Assembly: GCA_963727055.1 (NCBI GenBank)
Contig: CAVSEN010000002.1
Coordinates: forward strand, 992,199 to 1,056,198
Reading direction: 5' to 3'
DNA length: 64,000 bases
Source of the DNA: an uncultured Chloroflexia bacterium
Lineage (GTDB): Bacteria > Chloroflexota > Limnocylindria > Limnocylindrales > CSP1-4
Of the stretch, positions 39,810 through 52,952 are shown piece by piece. The translations under genes were made by a program, and so were the position numbers. A model generated the notes under the pieces. The model saw only the letters and a program-made list of their open reading frames with translations. It was not told the origin of the DNA and ran no database searches. The number at the start of each line of letters is the position of its first letter. Positions within the stretch are counted from its first letter, which is position 1.

Positions 39810-40044
39810 GAGGGCGATCGACCAGGGCAGGCTGCCGGATGCGCCGGGTCGGCGCCGGGCCGGGGGTGCGAACCGGGTCGCCGGCGGGGGGATCGGTGGG
39901 AAGCATCACTCGTCCTGGTCTGCGGCTTGCTCGGCTCCGCGGCAGGCGGAGCTTGGGCACCGGCAGCCTACCGCGGCCCGCCGCGCCGCGCCGTCGCTGG
40001 CCGGACGTGCCGTCGCGGTCCGGTCCCGCCTCGGCCGGCCGGAC

Positions 40045-40932
40045 CTACTTCAGGAGGTAGCTCCGGACCGAGACCCACGACCCGAGCGTGCCGAGTCCGA
40101 TCCCGGTGACCAGCACGATGACCGCCAGGTTGCGTGACAACGAGCCGAGCTCGAGCGGCAGGATCTCGAAGAAGCGGGTCATCAGGTTGGTCAGCGGGGC
40201 GGCCCCCAGGGCCAGCAGGACGAGCGTGATCAGGGCCCCGAGCAGGCCGACCAGGGCGCCCTCGAAGATGAACGGCCAGCGGATGAAGGCGTCCGAGGCG
40301 CCGACCAGGCGCATGATCTCGATCTCCTCCGAGCGGGCGACGACGGCCAGCCGGATCGTGTTGACGATGATGAACAGGACCGTCAGGCCGACCAGCCCGA
40401 GCAGGACCAGGCCGCCGGTCCTGAGCAGGTTCGTCACGGTCAGGACCCGGTCGACGAGGTTCTGGACCTCCTCGACGGTCGAGACCACGTCGGTGCGGGC
40501 GCGCAGGACGCTGACGACGCTGCCGAACTGGTGGGGGTCCTTGAGCTTGATGTTGAGGGTCGCCGGGAGCGGATTCGAGTCGAGGTACTGGGTCAGGTCC
40601 TCGCGGCCCTGCTGGGCCATCCGCTGCTTGAACTGGGCCAGGGCCGTCGCCTTGTCGATGTACTCGACCGAGGCCACCTCGGGCAGGGCGGCCACGTCCT
40701 GGCGGAGCTGGGCCACCTTCAGGTCGGGCGCGTCGTCGCGCAGCTCGGCCACGACTTCCACCTTCTGCTCGACGAACTGGAGCCCGGCGTCGAGGCCGGA
40801 CAGGACGACGAAGAAGGCGCTCAGCAGGACGAGCATCAGGACCATCGTGGCGGTCGCCGCGATGCTCATCACGGCGTTCCGCCAGAACCCCTGCCAGGCC
40901 CGTTTCAGGCTGAACGCGACGAACGACAGCAC
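40045..40932 (-). CDS. ftsX: cell division permease FtsX
   Basis: 295 aa. SLKRAWQGFWRNAVMSIAA, a periplasmic loop, and a C-terminal 3-TM FtsX domain. It lies directly downstream of ftsE. Confidence 0.9.
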   Translation of the reverse strand: MLSFVAFSLKRAWQGFWRNAVMSIAATATMVLMLVLLSAFFVVLSGLDAGLQFVEQKVEVVAELRDDAPDLKVAQLRQDVAALPEVASVEYIDKATALAQFKQRMAQQGREDLTQYLDSNPLPATLNIKLKDPHQFGSVVSVLRARTDVVSTVEEVQNLVDRVLTVTNLLRTGGLVLLGLVGLTVLFIIVNTIRLAVVARSEEIEIMRLVGASDAFIRWPFIFEGALVGLLGALITLVLLALGAAPLTNLMTRFFEILPLELGSLSRNLAVIVLVTGIGLGTLGSWVSVRSYLLK

Positions 40933-40938
40933 CGGCCG

Positions 40939-41724
40939 TCAGTCCTCGCGGTGGTAGGCGGCGCCGAGCTCGTCGCGGGTGATCCGGCCGTCCTCGAGGG
41001 CCACGACTCGCCGGCGGAGGGCCGTCACGATCTCGGCATTGTGGGTCGCCATGAGCACCGTGACCCCCAGCTCGTTGATCCGGGACAGGAGCTGGATGAT
41101 CTCCCAGCTGATCAGCGGGTCGAGGTTGCCGGTCGGCTCGTCGGCAATGATCAGGCGGGGATCATGGACGAGCGCCCGGGCGATCGCCGTCCGCTGCTGC
41201 TCGCCGCCCGACAGCTGCGACGGCAGCTGGGCGGCCTGGGCGGTGAGGCCGACGAGGGCCAGCACCCGCTCCACCGCCGGCCCGATCTGGCGGCGCGGCG
41301 TGCCGGTCACCTCGAGGGCGAAGCCGACGTTCTCGCGGACCGTCTTCGACGGCAGCAGCTTGAAGTCCTGGAAGATGGTCCCGATCTTGCGCCGGATCCG
41401 GGGTACCTCGCGCCGGTTCAGGCGGGCGAGGTCCTGGCCCTCGAGCAGGACGGCGCCCCGGGTCGCGATCTCGTCCCGGATCAGGAGCTTGATCAGGGTC
41501 GACTTGCCGGCCCCCGACGCACCGACCAGGAAGACGAAGTCGCCCTCGGGGATGACCAGGTCGACGTCGCGCAGGGCCGTCTTGCCGTTGGGGTACGTCT
41601 TGGTGACGTCGTGCAGGACGAGGATCGCCCGGTCGTCCGGGGTTTCGGCGATCGGATGGGCGGCCTGGTGCTCACGGAGCGAACGCGTGGCGGCTCGGGG
41701 CGGGGCCGCGTTCGGGGAAGCCAC
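40939..41724 (-). CDS. ftsE: cell division ATP-binding protein FtsE
   Basis: Walker A GASGAGKST, signature LSGGEQQR and Walker B LIIADEPT. An N-terminal extension of about 35 aa makes the start uncertain. Confidence 0.9.
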   Translation of the reverse strand: MASPNAAPPRAATRSLREHQAAHPIAETPDDRAILVLHDVTKTYPNGKTALRDVDLVIPEGDFVFLVGASGAGKSTLIKLLIRDEIATRGAVLLEGQDLARLNRREVPRIRRKIGTIFQDFKLLPSKTVRENVGFALEVTGTPRRQIGPAVERVLALVGLTAQAAQLPSQLSGGEQQRTAIARALVHDPRLIIADEPTGNLDPLISWEIIQLLSRINELGVTVLMATHNAEIVTALRRRVVALEDGRITRDELGAAYHRED

Positions 41725-41772
41725 GCCCGGAGGCTACCACCCCCGACCGCACCTGTCCGTCGGCCGAACGTC

Positions 41773-42697
41773 CTAGAGCAGGCCAGGCGAGATCGGCAGG
41801 TAGCGCTCGAACGACCCGAACGACCGATTCCAGCCGAGCAGGATCGGGAAATCCTCGAACCGCAGGCCGGCCCGGAGGAGGAGCTCGACCGCCGGCCGGG
41901 CGGCGGCCGGCAGCCAGACGGCCTGGGCGCCGCGCGACGGCACGACCCGCAGCAGGTGGCCGAGGACCGGCCCGAGGAGCTCGGGGTCGCGAACCGCGAC
42001 GGGACCGACCCGGCCCGTCTCCCAGGCATAGCCATAGCCGCGTGGCGAGCCGACGACGTCGCGGTACAGGAAGCCGTGCCGCCCTTCGGTGCGCAGGAAG
42101 CGGTGGTCCTGGGGGTGGGCGACGCCGAGCAGCTCGCGATCGATCGCGTCGACGATGCCCGCCAGCTCGGCATGGCCTCCGGCCCCCGACCCGGCGATCG
42201 TCTCGAACGGCACGGCGACGATGCCCGGGGGCAGGTCGGGCAGGACCTCGGGCCGGGTCACGTAGCCGCTCAGCGAGAAGAGGGGCAGGCTGGGCACGAT
42301 CCCGTAGCGGCTGTACAGGGCACCCGAGAGGGGCTGGAGGCTGTCGGTGGCGGTGGCCCGGATCGCGCCGTCGGCGGGCAGCACCGCTTCGAGCAGCCGG
42401 CGGCCGAGCCCCCGGCCCTGCTCGCCGGGGCGGACGAAGCACATCGACAGGAACCACAGCTCCTCGCGGCGCACGGCCGCGATGAAGCCGATGATCCGGG
42501 CCTCGCGCTCGGCGACCAGGAACAGCTCGGGATCGGTGCTCCGGAGGTGCGCCCAGGAGGCGGATGATCCGGCCGAGCTCGTTCGGGATCTCGGGCTGGT
42601 TCAGGCGCCCCGTGTAGTCGTTGATGCTTTCGCGCCACAGCTCGGCACAGGTCGCCAGGTCGCCGGCCGTCGCCGGCCGGAGGGTCGTCTCCGTCAT
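41773..42697 (-). CDS. two-domain GNAT-family N-acetyltransferase (one frameshift)
   Basis: [21 protein letters not shown]..., with a frame change near 42550, then [22 protein letters not shown] (acetyl-CoA site) and a C-terminal domain of about 180 aa. Its ATG overlaps the prfB stop (ATGA). Confidence 0.7.
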
Positions 42698-43824
42698 CCG
42701 CCCGAATTGCCCGATGCGCCCGGCCCGCCGCCGGTTGCCAGGCGCTCGAGCTCGGCCTGCATGAACGTGTCGAGGTCGCCGTCGAGGACGGCGCTCGTGT
42801 TGCTCGTCTCGACGCCGGTCCGGAGGTCCTTGACCATCTGGTAGGGGTGGAGGACGTAGCTCCGGATCTGGTTGCCCCAGCCGGCGCTGATGTGCTCGCC
42901 CTTCAGCTCGCGCAGCTCGGCCTCCTTCTCCTCGAGCCGGCGCTCGAGCAGGCGGGCCTTGAGGACCTTGATCGCGGTCTCCTTGTTCTGGGTCTGCGAC
43001 CGCTCGTTCTGGCTCTGGGCCACGATGTTCGTCGGCAGGTGGGTCAGCCGGACGGCCGAGTCGGTCTTGTTGACGTGCTGCCCGCCGGCGCCCTGCGAGC
43101 GGTAGGTGTCGACCCGGATCTCGTCCCAGTTCAGCTCGATGTCGGGATCGTCCTCCTCGACCTCGGGCAGGACCTCGACCAGGGCGAACGTCGTCTGGCG
43201 CCGGTTCTGGGAGTCGAACGGGCTGATCCGGACGAGGCGGTGGACGCCCCGCTCGGCGCGCAGCCAGCCGTAGGCCCGGCGCGCCTCGACGGCGACCGTG
43301 ACGCTCTTCAGGCCGGCCTGACTCGCCTTCCTGCTGGTCGACGATCTCGGTCGTGGAAGCGATGCCGCTCGGCCCAGCGCAGGTACATCCGGAGGAGCAT
43401 CTCGGCCCAGTCGGTCGCCTCGGTGCCACCGGCCCCGGCGCTGATCGACAGGAGCGCGGCACGGTCGTCGTACTCGCCCCCGAAGAGGAGCGCCGTCCGC
43501 TCGCGCCTGAAGTCGATCTCGAGCGCCTCGGCATCGCGGGCCAGCTCGGCCTCGAGCTCGGGGTCGGGTGAATCCTGGAGGAGGCCGGTGAGCTCGTCGA
43601 CCGAGGTGGCCCGGGCCTCGAGCTGGCGCCAGGTGTCGGTCTCGGTTCGCAGCCCGTCCGCTTCGCGCAGGACTTTCTTGGCCGTGCGCCCGTCGTCCCA
43701 GAAGCCTGGGGCGAGGGTCAGCTGGTCGAGCTCGGCGAGACGGGTTTCCTTGACGCCGAGGTCAAAGACGCCCCGAGGTCGACCGGATCCGCTCTGCCAG
43801 GTCCCGGATTGCCGCGGTATCCAC
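42694..43824 (-). CDS. prfB: peptide chain release factor 2 (programmed +1 frameshift, plus two extra frame changes near 43330-43360)
   Basis: [20 protein letters not shown] then CTT TGA C, then [24 protein letters not shown]... Also ...[25 protein letters not shown] (GGQ) and the C-terminal track ORF 42694..43023. Confidence 0.9.
43761..43767 (-). promoter_or_regulatory. RF2 programmed +1 ribosomal frameshift site
   Basis: The minus strand reads tcgGGGGcgt CTT TGA C. This is the canonical slippery CUU-UGA-C with a G-rich SD-like element 3 nt upstream. Confidence 0.85.
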
Positions 43825-44048
43825 TAACCGCGGGCCTGGACGTCCTGGAGGAGGATCGGACGGAGCTCGATGATCCGCAGGGCGGTCTTGCTCCGGGCGA
43901 CGACGGGGTTCACGCAGGGGCAGTAGCCGTTGTGAGGGCAGACGCCGCAGTTGCCGTCGCAATCGAGCGCCGCGGCGTAGCTGCACGTTCGGCAGTCTCG
44001 CTCGCAGGCGATCAGATCAATGAACGACTCTTCCTCGGCCTGCTTCAC
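43824..44048 (-). CDS. 74-aa cysteine-rich protein of unknown function
   Basis: GTG start with GGGAG upstream. It has 8 Cys arranged as C-x3-C-x2-C twice plus C-x-C (IACERDCRTCSYAAALDCDGNCGVCPHNGYCPC). Its TAG stop shares one base with the prfB GTG (TAGTG). Only the last 74 codons of track ORF 43824..44789 look coding. Confidence 0.5.
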   Translation of the reverse strand: MKQAEEESFIDLIACERDCRTCSYAAALDCDGNCGVCPHNGYCPCVNPVVARSKTALRIIELRPILLQDVQARG

Positions 44049-44358
44049 GGGCTCCCTCTCTCGTGGGCTGGGGAAGGGTGTGGCGCGGCGACCGAAAGCC
44101 TCAAACGAACGCGGTTGCGGGCTTCCTCCGGGTCTCCAGCCCCATACCCCGCTGGGCTTGGCCCAGTGTACCGATGCAAGCCGGATTCGCCAAGAGGGAA
44201 AGTGCGAGATTCGTGCCCAAATCGTCGATTTGTCGCGCTCAGCGGACCCCAGCCGCATCGACGGCGGCGCGGCGGCCCGCCTCGGCCACGCGCTGCATGA
44301 GATGAACGTTAGCGACCAGGTTCTGCGCTCAGCCCGTCGCTCGCCGCGCCCGTCGCTC

Positions 44359-44545
44359 GCTGAGCCGCTGTGCGTGGGACGGGCACAACTGACCAAGTGG
44401 CCGTCGCATCGGTCGGTGTCGTGCGCCAGATGCACGGAACCGACCCGATCCGGCCGAATCGGGTCGAAACTGTGCGTCCCGCGCGCAAGGTCGACACGAG
44501 GGTTGGAAAACGCGTCGGATACGCGCGTCACATGCACAGCGCGCC
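44359..44545. repeat. about 187-nt dispersed element, copy U1
   Basis: It starts with gctgagccgctgtgcgt and aligns gap-free over long stretches to 44964..45150 at about 70% identity by eye. It contains the hairpin cgacccgat ccggccga atcgggtcg (44441-44466). Confidence 0.7.
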
Positions 44546-44620
44546 GGAACGCCGCCCGCGGCTCGCCGGCCCGGAACGCCGCCCGCGGCTCGCCGGCCCG
44601 GAACGCCGCCCGCGGCGGCC
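44544..44620. repeat. 27-nt tandem repeat x3
   Basis: ccggaacgccgcccgcggctcgccggc occurs twice, plus a truncated third unit. Confidence 0.8.
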
Positions 44621-44714
44621 CCGTGAACCCGAGGAACCGATCGTCGGCCCGACGCTCGACCGCCCACAGCCGGCGTCGGCCTCGCCGCGGGGCCCATGGC
44701 GCCCCGCCCGATCC

Positions 44715-44905
44715 GGGAATTCGCCAGCTAGTGCTCCTGGTGCTGGTATCCATGAACCTTGGCGTGATTGGCGGCCAGCGGCAGTGCATCAGACGGTCTC
44801 CGGCGCGTTTTCGCGCTCGAACGGTGGGTCCGAGCTCCGCCCGGCGCGAGGAATCTCGGCGTCACTCCGCCTATCAGCACAGGGAGCGCTAACTGGCGAA
44901 TTCCC
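44715..44905. repeat. 191-nt unit closed by a 31-bp imperfect inverted repeat
   Basis: gggaattcgccagctagtgctcctggtgctg (44715-44745) pairs with cagcacagggagcgctaactggcgaattccc (44875-44905). The first 13 bp are perfect. It also has a GC hairpin ggcgcg tttt cgcgc. Confidence 0.75.
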
Positions 44906-44963
44906 AGGGCAGACGGGCCCCTCGCTGTGTCTGGTTCCGGGCGCGCCCCGCGCCTCGAAGCCG

Positions 44964-45150
44964 GCTGAGCCGCTGTGCGTCAGACGTGCATAACGGACAA
45001 GGCAGCGGGCTTACCTGTCGGTTTCGTGCGCGAGATGGACGGATCCGACGCATTCCAGCCGAATGTGGTCGGAGCCGTGCGCTCAGCGCACAGAAACGAC
45101 ACGCGGCCCGGCAAACGCGGCGCTTGTGCCCGTCCCACGCACAGGGCTCC
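44964..45150. repeat. about 187-nt dispersed element, copy U2
   Basis: It has the same 17-nt head gctgagccgctgtgcgt and a homologous hairpin ccgacgcat tccagccga atgtggtcgg (45045-45072). Confidence 0.7.
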
Positions 45151-45184
45151 GTTGCGCGAGGCGCCCGGGGGCACGGTCCGGGGG

Positions 45185-45296
45185 CCCAGCACCCCGAGCC
45201 CGGCCCAGCACCCCGAGCCCGGCACGGCCCGGCCAGCACCCCGAGCCCGGCCCAGCACCCCGAGCCCGGCCCAGCACCCCGAGCCCCAGCCCCGGG
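45185..45296. repeat. 19-nt tandem repeat, about 5 units
   Basis: cccagcaccccgagcccgg is repeated, with one 10-nt insertion. It abuts the stop of the 45301..45903 gene. Confidence 0.8.
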
Positions 45297-45300
45297 GCTC

Positions 45301-45903
45301 TCAGTCCGGCGGGCTGTTACCGGTCAGGAAGTAGACCGCCAGGCCGCCCAGCTCGTGGAACGTGATCTCGACGACGTGGACCGGGTCGCTGTCGCCCGGG
45401 CTGTCGGTGGCGGGCGATCCGTAGGCCCGGATCCCGAGGTCGGCGGCGATCCGCAGGACACGGAGCATGTGGCTCCGATCCGAGACGAAGACGGCATCCT
45501 CGACCGAGTGGGCAGCCAGCGTCGTCCGCACCGCGTCCAGCGATTCCCGGGTGTTGCGGCCCTGGTCCTCGCTCAGGATTCGCTCGGCGGGCACGCCATG
45601 GTCGATCGCGAACTGGCGGCCGACCGCGGCCTCGGTCGTCCGGTCGCCGGGCTGCTTGCCGCCGGTCACCATCAGGAAGCGGTAGTTGCCGGTGTGGAAC
45701 AGGTCGACGGCATGCTGGAGGCGGGCCTGGTAGATCGGCGACGGCCGGCCGTTGTACTCAGCGGCGCCGAGGACGACCACCGCGCCGGCCGGCCGGGTCT
45801 CGTCCTGGAGGCCCTGCTGCCAGATCCGGAAGGCGCCGTAGACGGCCGCGCACAAGAACCCGACGGCGGCCGCCGCCGCGAGGCGGATCAGCGCGTGGCG
45901 CAT
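45301..45903 (-). CDS. YdcF/ElyC (DUF218) family protein
   Basis: N-terminal TM, then VVVLGAAEYNGRPSPIYQARLQHAVDLFHTG...LMVTGG...VFVSDRSHMLR. Confidence 0.75.
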   Translation of the reverse strand: MRHALIRLAAAAAVGFLCAAVYGAFRIWQQGLQDETRPAGAVVVLGAAEYNGRPSPIYQARLQHAVDLFHTGNYRFLMVTGGKQPGDRTTEAAVGRQFAIDHGVPAERILSEDQGRNTRESLDAVRTTLAAHSVEDAVFVSDRSHMLRVLRIAADLGIRAYGSPATDSPGDSDPVHVVEITFHELGGLAVYFLTGNSPPD

Positions 45904-45913
45904 GCCGGGGTGG

Positions 45914-48937
<3,024 letters not shown>

Positions 48938-48990
48938 GAACGAAGAGTATAGGCGACGCTGTCAGCCGGGCCTCTCGCGCCCCTCGCCGG

Positions 48991-49242
48991 CTACTTCCAG
49001 AAACCGGTGCCGTAGCCCGCGATCAGGAGCACGAAGGTCAGCCCGGCCAGGCCGACCCAGAACAGGACCGACATCAGGCTCGAGGTCGGGTTCATCTCGG
49101 AGTTGGCGAGCCGGGGCAGCTTGCCGTTGCGCAAGCCGGCGCCCCAGCGCGGCGAGCGGAGCTGGGTTCGCCAGTCCTCGGGCTGGGCGGTGCGCTGCTC
49201 GAGGCCACCCTTGCCGTCGGGCCGGTGAAGCTGGAGGCTCAT
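48991..49242 (-). CDS. small tail-anchored membrane protein
   Basis: 83 aa with one C-terminal TM (LMSVLFWVGLAGLTFVLLIAGYG). Its ATG overlaps the prs stop (ATGA). Confidence 0.45.
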   Translation of the reverse strand: MSLQLHRPDGKGGLEQRTAQPEDWRTQLRSPRWGAGLRNGKLPRLANSEMNPTSSLMSVLFWVGLAGLTFVLLIAGYGTGFWK

Positions 49243-50342
49243 TCCTCTCCCATCCCTGCGTTCGGAGCGTCGCCGCCCGAACCGTCGTCGTCGGGCGGAT
49301 CATCGCTCAGATCGAGCGTCCGCTCCGTGCCGTCGTCCCACATCAGCATCTGCTGGGTCAGGGCGACGTCGCTGCTGAACAGGGCGCCGACCGACTCGCC
49401 CCGGTGGATCCGGCGGATCGCCTCGCCGATCAGGGGCGCGATCGAGAACGTCTTGATCTTGGCGATGCGCTTGGCCGGCGGCAGCGGGATCGAGTCGGTC
49501 AGGATCATCTCCTTGATGCTCGAGGTCCGGATCCGGTCGACCGCCGGATCGGACAGGACGCCGTGGGTGGCGGCCGCGTAGATCTCGTGGACGCCCTCGC
49601 GCTCGAGGGCCCGGACGATCTCGATCAGCGTCCCACCCGTGTCGATCTCGTCGTCGACGATGATCGCCCGCTTGCCGCGGACCTCGCCGATCACGTTCAT
49701 CAGCTCGGCCCGGTCGAGGTTGCCGACGCGCCGCTTCTCGATGATCGCCAGCGGGGCGTCGATCAGCTCGGCGAACGTCCGGGCGCGCTTGGCGAAGCCC
49801 AGGTCGGTGACCACGACCAGGTCGTCGAGGTGCTTCGTCCGAAAGTAGTTGCTCAGGATGTGGACGGCGGTCAGCTCGTCGACCGGGATGTTGAAGAAGC
49901 CCTGGATCTGGCCCTGGTGGAGGTCGAGGGTCAGGACCCGGTCGGCGCCGGCGACGGTGATCATGTCGGCGATCAGGCGAGCCGTGATCGGGACCCGGGG
50001 CTGGTCCTTCTTGTCCGAGCGGCCGTAGGCGTAGAACGGGACGACGGCCGTGATCCGGCCGGCACTCGCCCGCTTGAACGCGTCGATCAGGATCAGGAGC
50101 TCCATGATCGACTGGTTGACCGGGTGCGAGGTGGGCTGGATCAGGAAGACGTCCTTCTCACGGACGTTGTCCAGGATCTTGACGAAGATGTTCTCGTTGG
50201 CGAACTGGAAGACCTCGGCCTTGCCCAGCTCGACATCGAGGTAGCGGCAGATCTTGCGGGCCAGGTCCGGGTTGGCATTGCCCGTGTAGATGTCGAAGTG
50301 ATCCGAGTACACGGGAAGGTCTCCTCCGCCGAGGATCGTCAC
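49239..50342 (-). CDS. prs: ribose-phosphate pyrophosphokinase
   Basis: GNANPDLARKICRYLDVELG, DLHQGQIQGFF and the PRPP loop IIVDDEIDTGGTL. An acidic C-terminal extension of about 45 aa follows. Confidence 0.9.
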   Translation of the reverse strand: MTILGGGDLPVYSDHFDIYTGNANPDLARKICRYLDVELGKAEVFQFANENIFVKILDNVREKDVFLIQPTSHPVNQSIMELLILIDAFKRASAGRITAVVPFYAYGRSDKKDQPRVPITARLIADMITVAGADRVLTLDLHQGQIQGFFNIPVDELTAVHILSNYFRTKHLDDLVVVTDLGFAKRARTFAELIDAPLAIIEKRRVGNLDRAELMNVIGEVRGKRAIIVDDEIDTGGTLIEIVRALEREGVHEIYAAATHGVLSDPAVDRIRTSSIKEMILTDSIPLPPAKRIAKIKTFSIAPLIGEAIRRIHRGESVGALFSSDVALTQQMLMWDDGTERTLDLSDDPPDDDGSGGDAPNAGMGEE

Positions 50343-50353
50343 CGGGCCTGGAG

Positions 50354-52909
50354 TCAGGACGCCGGTGAGCCCGTCGGTGGCGCGCCGTCCGGGCCGTCAT
50401 TGTCGTCCACACCGTCGCGCTCCGCCAGCCCTTCGCGGAAGGCGGCGATTGCCACCACCCGGTCGCCTTCGGCCAGGCGCATGACGATCACGCCGCGGGC
50501 GCCCGAGCTGTAGCGGTTGATCGTGTTCGTCTCGGTCCGGATGACCTGGCCGCCGGAGCTGATCAGGAACAGCTCCTCGTCCTGCTCGGTCACCTGCTGG
50601 ACGGCGGCCACGCTGCCGGTCTTGCGGCCCTCGAGCGAGATCAGGCCGACGCCCTGCCCGCCGCGATGCTTGACCCGGAACTCGGTCAGCGGGACGCGCT
50701 TGCCGTAGCCGGTCTCGGTCAGCACGAGCAGGTCGGCGTCGGGCTGGACGACGCTCATCGAGATGACCTCGTCGCCCTTGCGGGCGAGCCGGATCCCGAT
50801 CACGCCGCCGGCCGGCCGGCCCATCGGTCGGACCTCGGCCTCGTGGAAGCGGGCGATCTTGCCCAGCGCGGTCGCGATGATGATGTCGTCCGAGCCCGAG
50901 GCCACGTCGACCCAGGCCAGCTCGTCGCCCTCGTCGAGGGTGATCGCGATGATTCCCGAGGAGCGGACCTTCTCGAACTGCTCGAGCGGCGTCTTCTTGA
51001 TCGTGCCGTGCTTGGTGGCCAGGACGAGGTATTTCGCTTCGCGGAAGTCCTTGAGGGTGATCGTGGCCATCGGGACCTCGCCCGAGTCGACCTGGACACC
51101 GGGCAGGTTGATGATCGGGATGCCCTTGGCCTGCCGGCTGGCGTCGGGGATCGTGTGGACCTTGCTGCTGAACACCCGGCCGCGGTTGGTGAAGAACAGG
51201 GCCCAGTCGTGGGTGTTGGCCACGAGCAGGTGCTCGACCGCGTCTTCCTCGCGGGTCACGTGGCCGATGATCCCCTTGCCGCCCCGGTGCTGGCGGCGGT
51301 ACGTGGCGATCGGCTGGCGCTTGACGTAGCCCCGGCCGCTGACGGTGACCACGACGTCCTCGTCGGCGATCAGGTCCTCGTCGGTCATCTCCCGGCTCGA
51401 GTCGTCGACGATCCGGGTTCGGCGCTCGCCGGCGTACTTGCGCTTCAGCTCGGTCAGCTCGTCCTTGATGATGGCCAGGACCCGGCCCGGATTGGCCAGG
51501 ATGTCTTCGAGCTCGGCGATCAGCTGGATCACGCTCAGGTATTCGTCCTCGATCTTCTGGCGCTCGAGGGCGGCCAGCCGGGCCAGGCGCATGTCGAGGA
51601 TCGCCTGGGCCTGGACCTCGGACAGGTCGAAGCGGGTCATCAGGTTGGTCCGGGCGGTCTCGACGTCGGCCGACTCGCGGATCGTGCGGATCACCTCGTC
51701 GAGGTGATCGAGGGCGATCTTCAGGCCTTCGAGGATGTGGGCCCGGGCGCGAGCCTTGCCCAGGTCGTACTCGGTCCGCCGCCGGATCACGTCGCGGCGA
51801 TGCTCGACGTAGTGCTGGAGGACGGACTTCAGGCTGAGCGTCTGGGGCTGCCCATCGACCAGGGCCAGCATGTTCAGGTTGAACGCCGACGACATCGGGG
51901 TGTGCTTGAACAGGTTGTTGAGGACCTTGTGCGGGTTCGTGTCGCGGGCGAGCTCGATGTACATCCGCATCCCGTCGCGGTCGGATTCGTCGCGCAGGTC
52001 GCTGATCCCGTCGATCCGCTTGGTCTTGACCAGCTCGGCGATCTTCTCCATCAAGGTCGCCTTGTTCACCTGGTAGGGCAGCTCGGTCACGATGATCGCG
52101 GTGCGGCCCTTGGCGTTCTCCTCGAAGGCGACCTGGGCCCGGACGACGACCCGGCCGCGGCCGTGGGCGTACATCTCGCGGACCGCGTCGACCGTCTCCA
52201 TCTCGCCGGTGATCGGGTTGCGCCGGGTCTCGTAGCGGTAGAGCGTGCCGCCGGTCGGGAAGTCGGGGCCGAGGATCAGCCCGCACAGCTCGTCGGTCGT
52301 CTTCTCGGGATCGTCGATCAGGGCGATCGTGGCGTCGACGACCTCGCCCAGGTGGTGGGGCGGGATGTTCGTGGCCATCCCCACGGCGATCCCCGACGAG
52401 CCGTTGATCAGCAGGTTGGGCAGCTTGGCCGGCAGGACCGAGGGCTGCTGCTGGGTGGCGTCGTAGTTCGGCTCGAAGTCGACCGTCTCCTTGTCGATGT
52501 CGGCCAGCAGCTCGGCCGAGATCGCCGTCAGGCGCGCCTCGGTGTAGCGCATCGCGGCCGCACTGTCGCCGTCGACCGAGCCGAAGTTGCCCTGGCCGTC
52601 GACGAGCGGGTAGCGCATCGAGAAGTCCTGGGCCATCCGGACGAGGGCGTCGTACAGGGCCACGTCGCCATGGGGGTGGTACTTGCCCATCACCTCGCCG
52701 ACGATCGCGGCGCACTTGCGGTAGGACGAGCCGGCCGAGAGGCCCATCTCGCCCATCGCGTACAGGATCCGGCGGTGGACCGGCTTGAGGCCGTCGCGGA
52801 CGTCGGGCAGGGCGCGGGAGACGATCACGCTCATCGCGTAATCGAGGTAGCTCACCCGCATCTCGTCCTCGATCCGGATCGAGCGGATGTCGCCGATGTC
52901 GTCGGTCAC
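50354..52909 (-). CDS. gyrA: DNA gyrase subunit A
   Basis: Intact 851 aa with [12 protein letters not shown], the [10 protein letters not shown] active-site region and C-terminal beta-pinwheel repeats. Confidence 0.95.
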   Translation of the reverse strand: MTDDIGDIRSIRIEDEMRVSYLDYAMSVIVSRALPDVRDGLKPVHRRILYAMGEMGLSAGSSYRKCAAIVGEVMGKYHPHGDVALYDALVRMAQDFSMRYPLVDGQGNFGSVDGDSAAAMRYTEARLTAISAELLADIDKETVDFEPNYDATQQQPSVLPAKLPNLLINGSSGIAVGMATNIPPHHLGEVVDATIALIDDPEKTTDELCGLILGPDFPTGGTLYRYETRRNPITGEMETVDAVREMYAHGRGRVVVRAQVAFEENAKGRTAIIVTELPYQVNKATLMEKIAELVKTKRIDGISDLRDESDRDGMRMYIELARDTNPHKVLNNLFKHTPMSSAFNLNMLALVDGQPQTLSLKSVLQHYVEHRRDVIRRRTEYDLGKARARAHILEGLKIALDHLDEVIRTIRESADVETARTNLMTRFDLSEVQAQAILDMRLARLAALERQKIEDEYLSVIQLIAELEDILANPGRVLAIIKDELTELKRKYAGERRTRIVDDSSREMTDEDLIADEDVVVTVSGRGYVKRQPIATYRRQHRGGKGIIGHVTREEDAVEHLLVANTHDWALFFTNRGRVFSSKVHTIPDASRQAKGIPIINLPGVQVDSGEVPMATITLKDFREAKYLVLATKHGTIKKTPLEQFEKVRSSGIIAITLDEGDELAWVDVASGSDDIIIATALGKIARFHEAEVRPMGRPAGGVIGIRLARKGDEVISMSVVQPDADLLVLTETGYGKRVPLTEFRVKHRGGQGVGLISLEGRKTGSVAAVQQVTEQDEELFLISSGGQVIRTETNTINRYSSGARGVIVMRLAEGDRVVAIAAFREGLAERDGVDDNDGPDGAPPTGSPAS

Positions 52910-52952
52910 GGTTCAGGCTCTCCCGAGTGGTTCAGGCGAGGATGTCGGTGGG

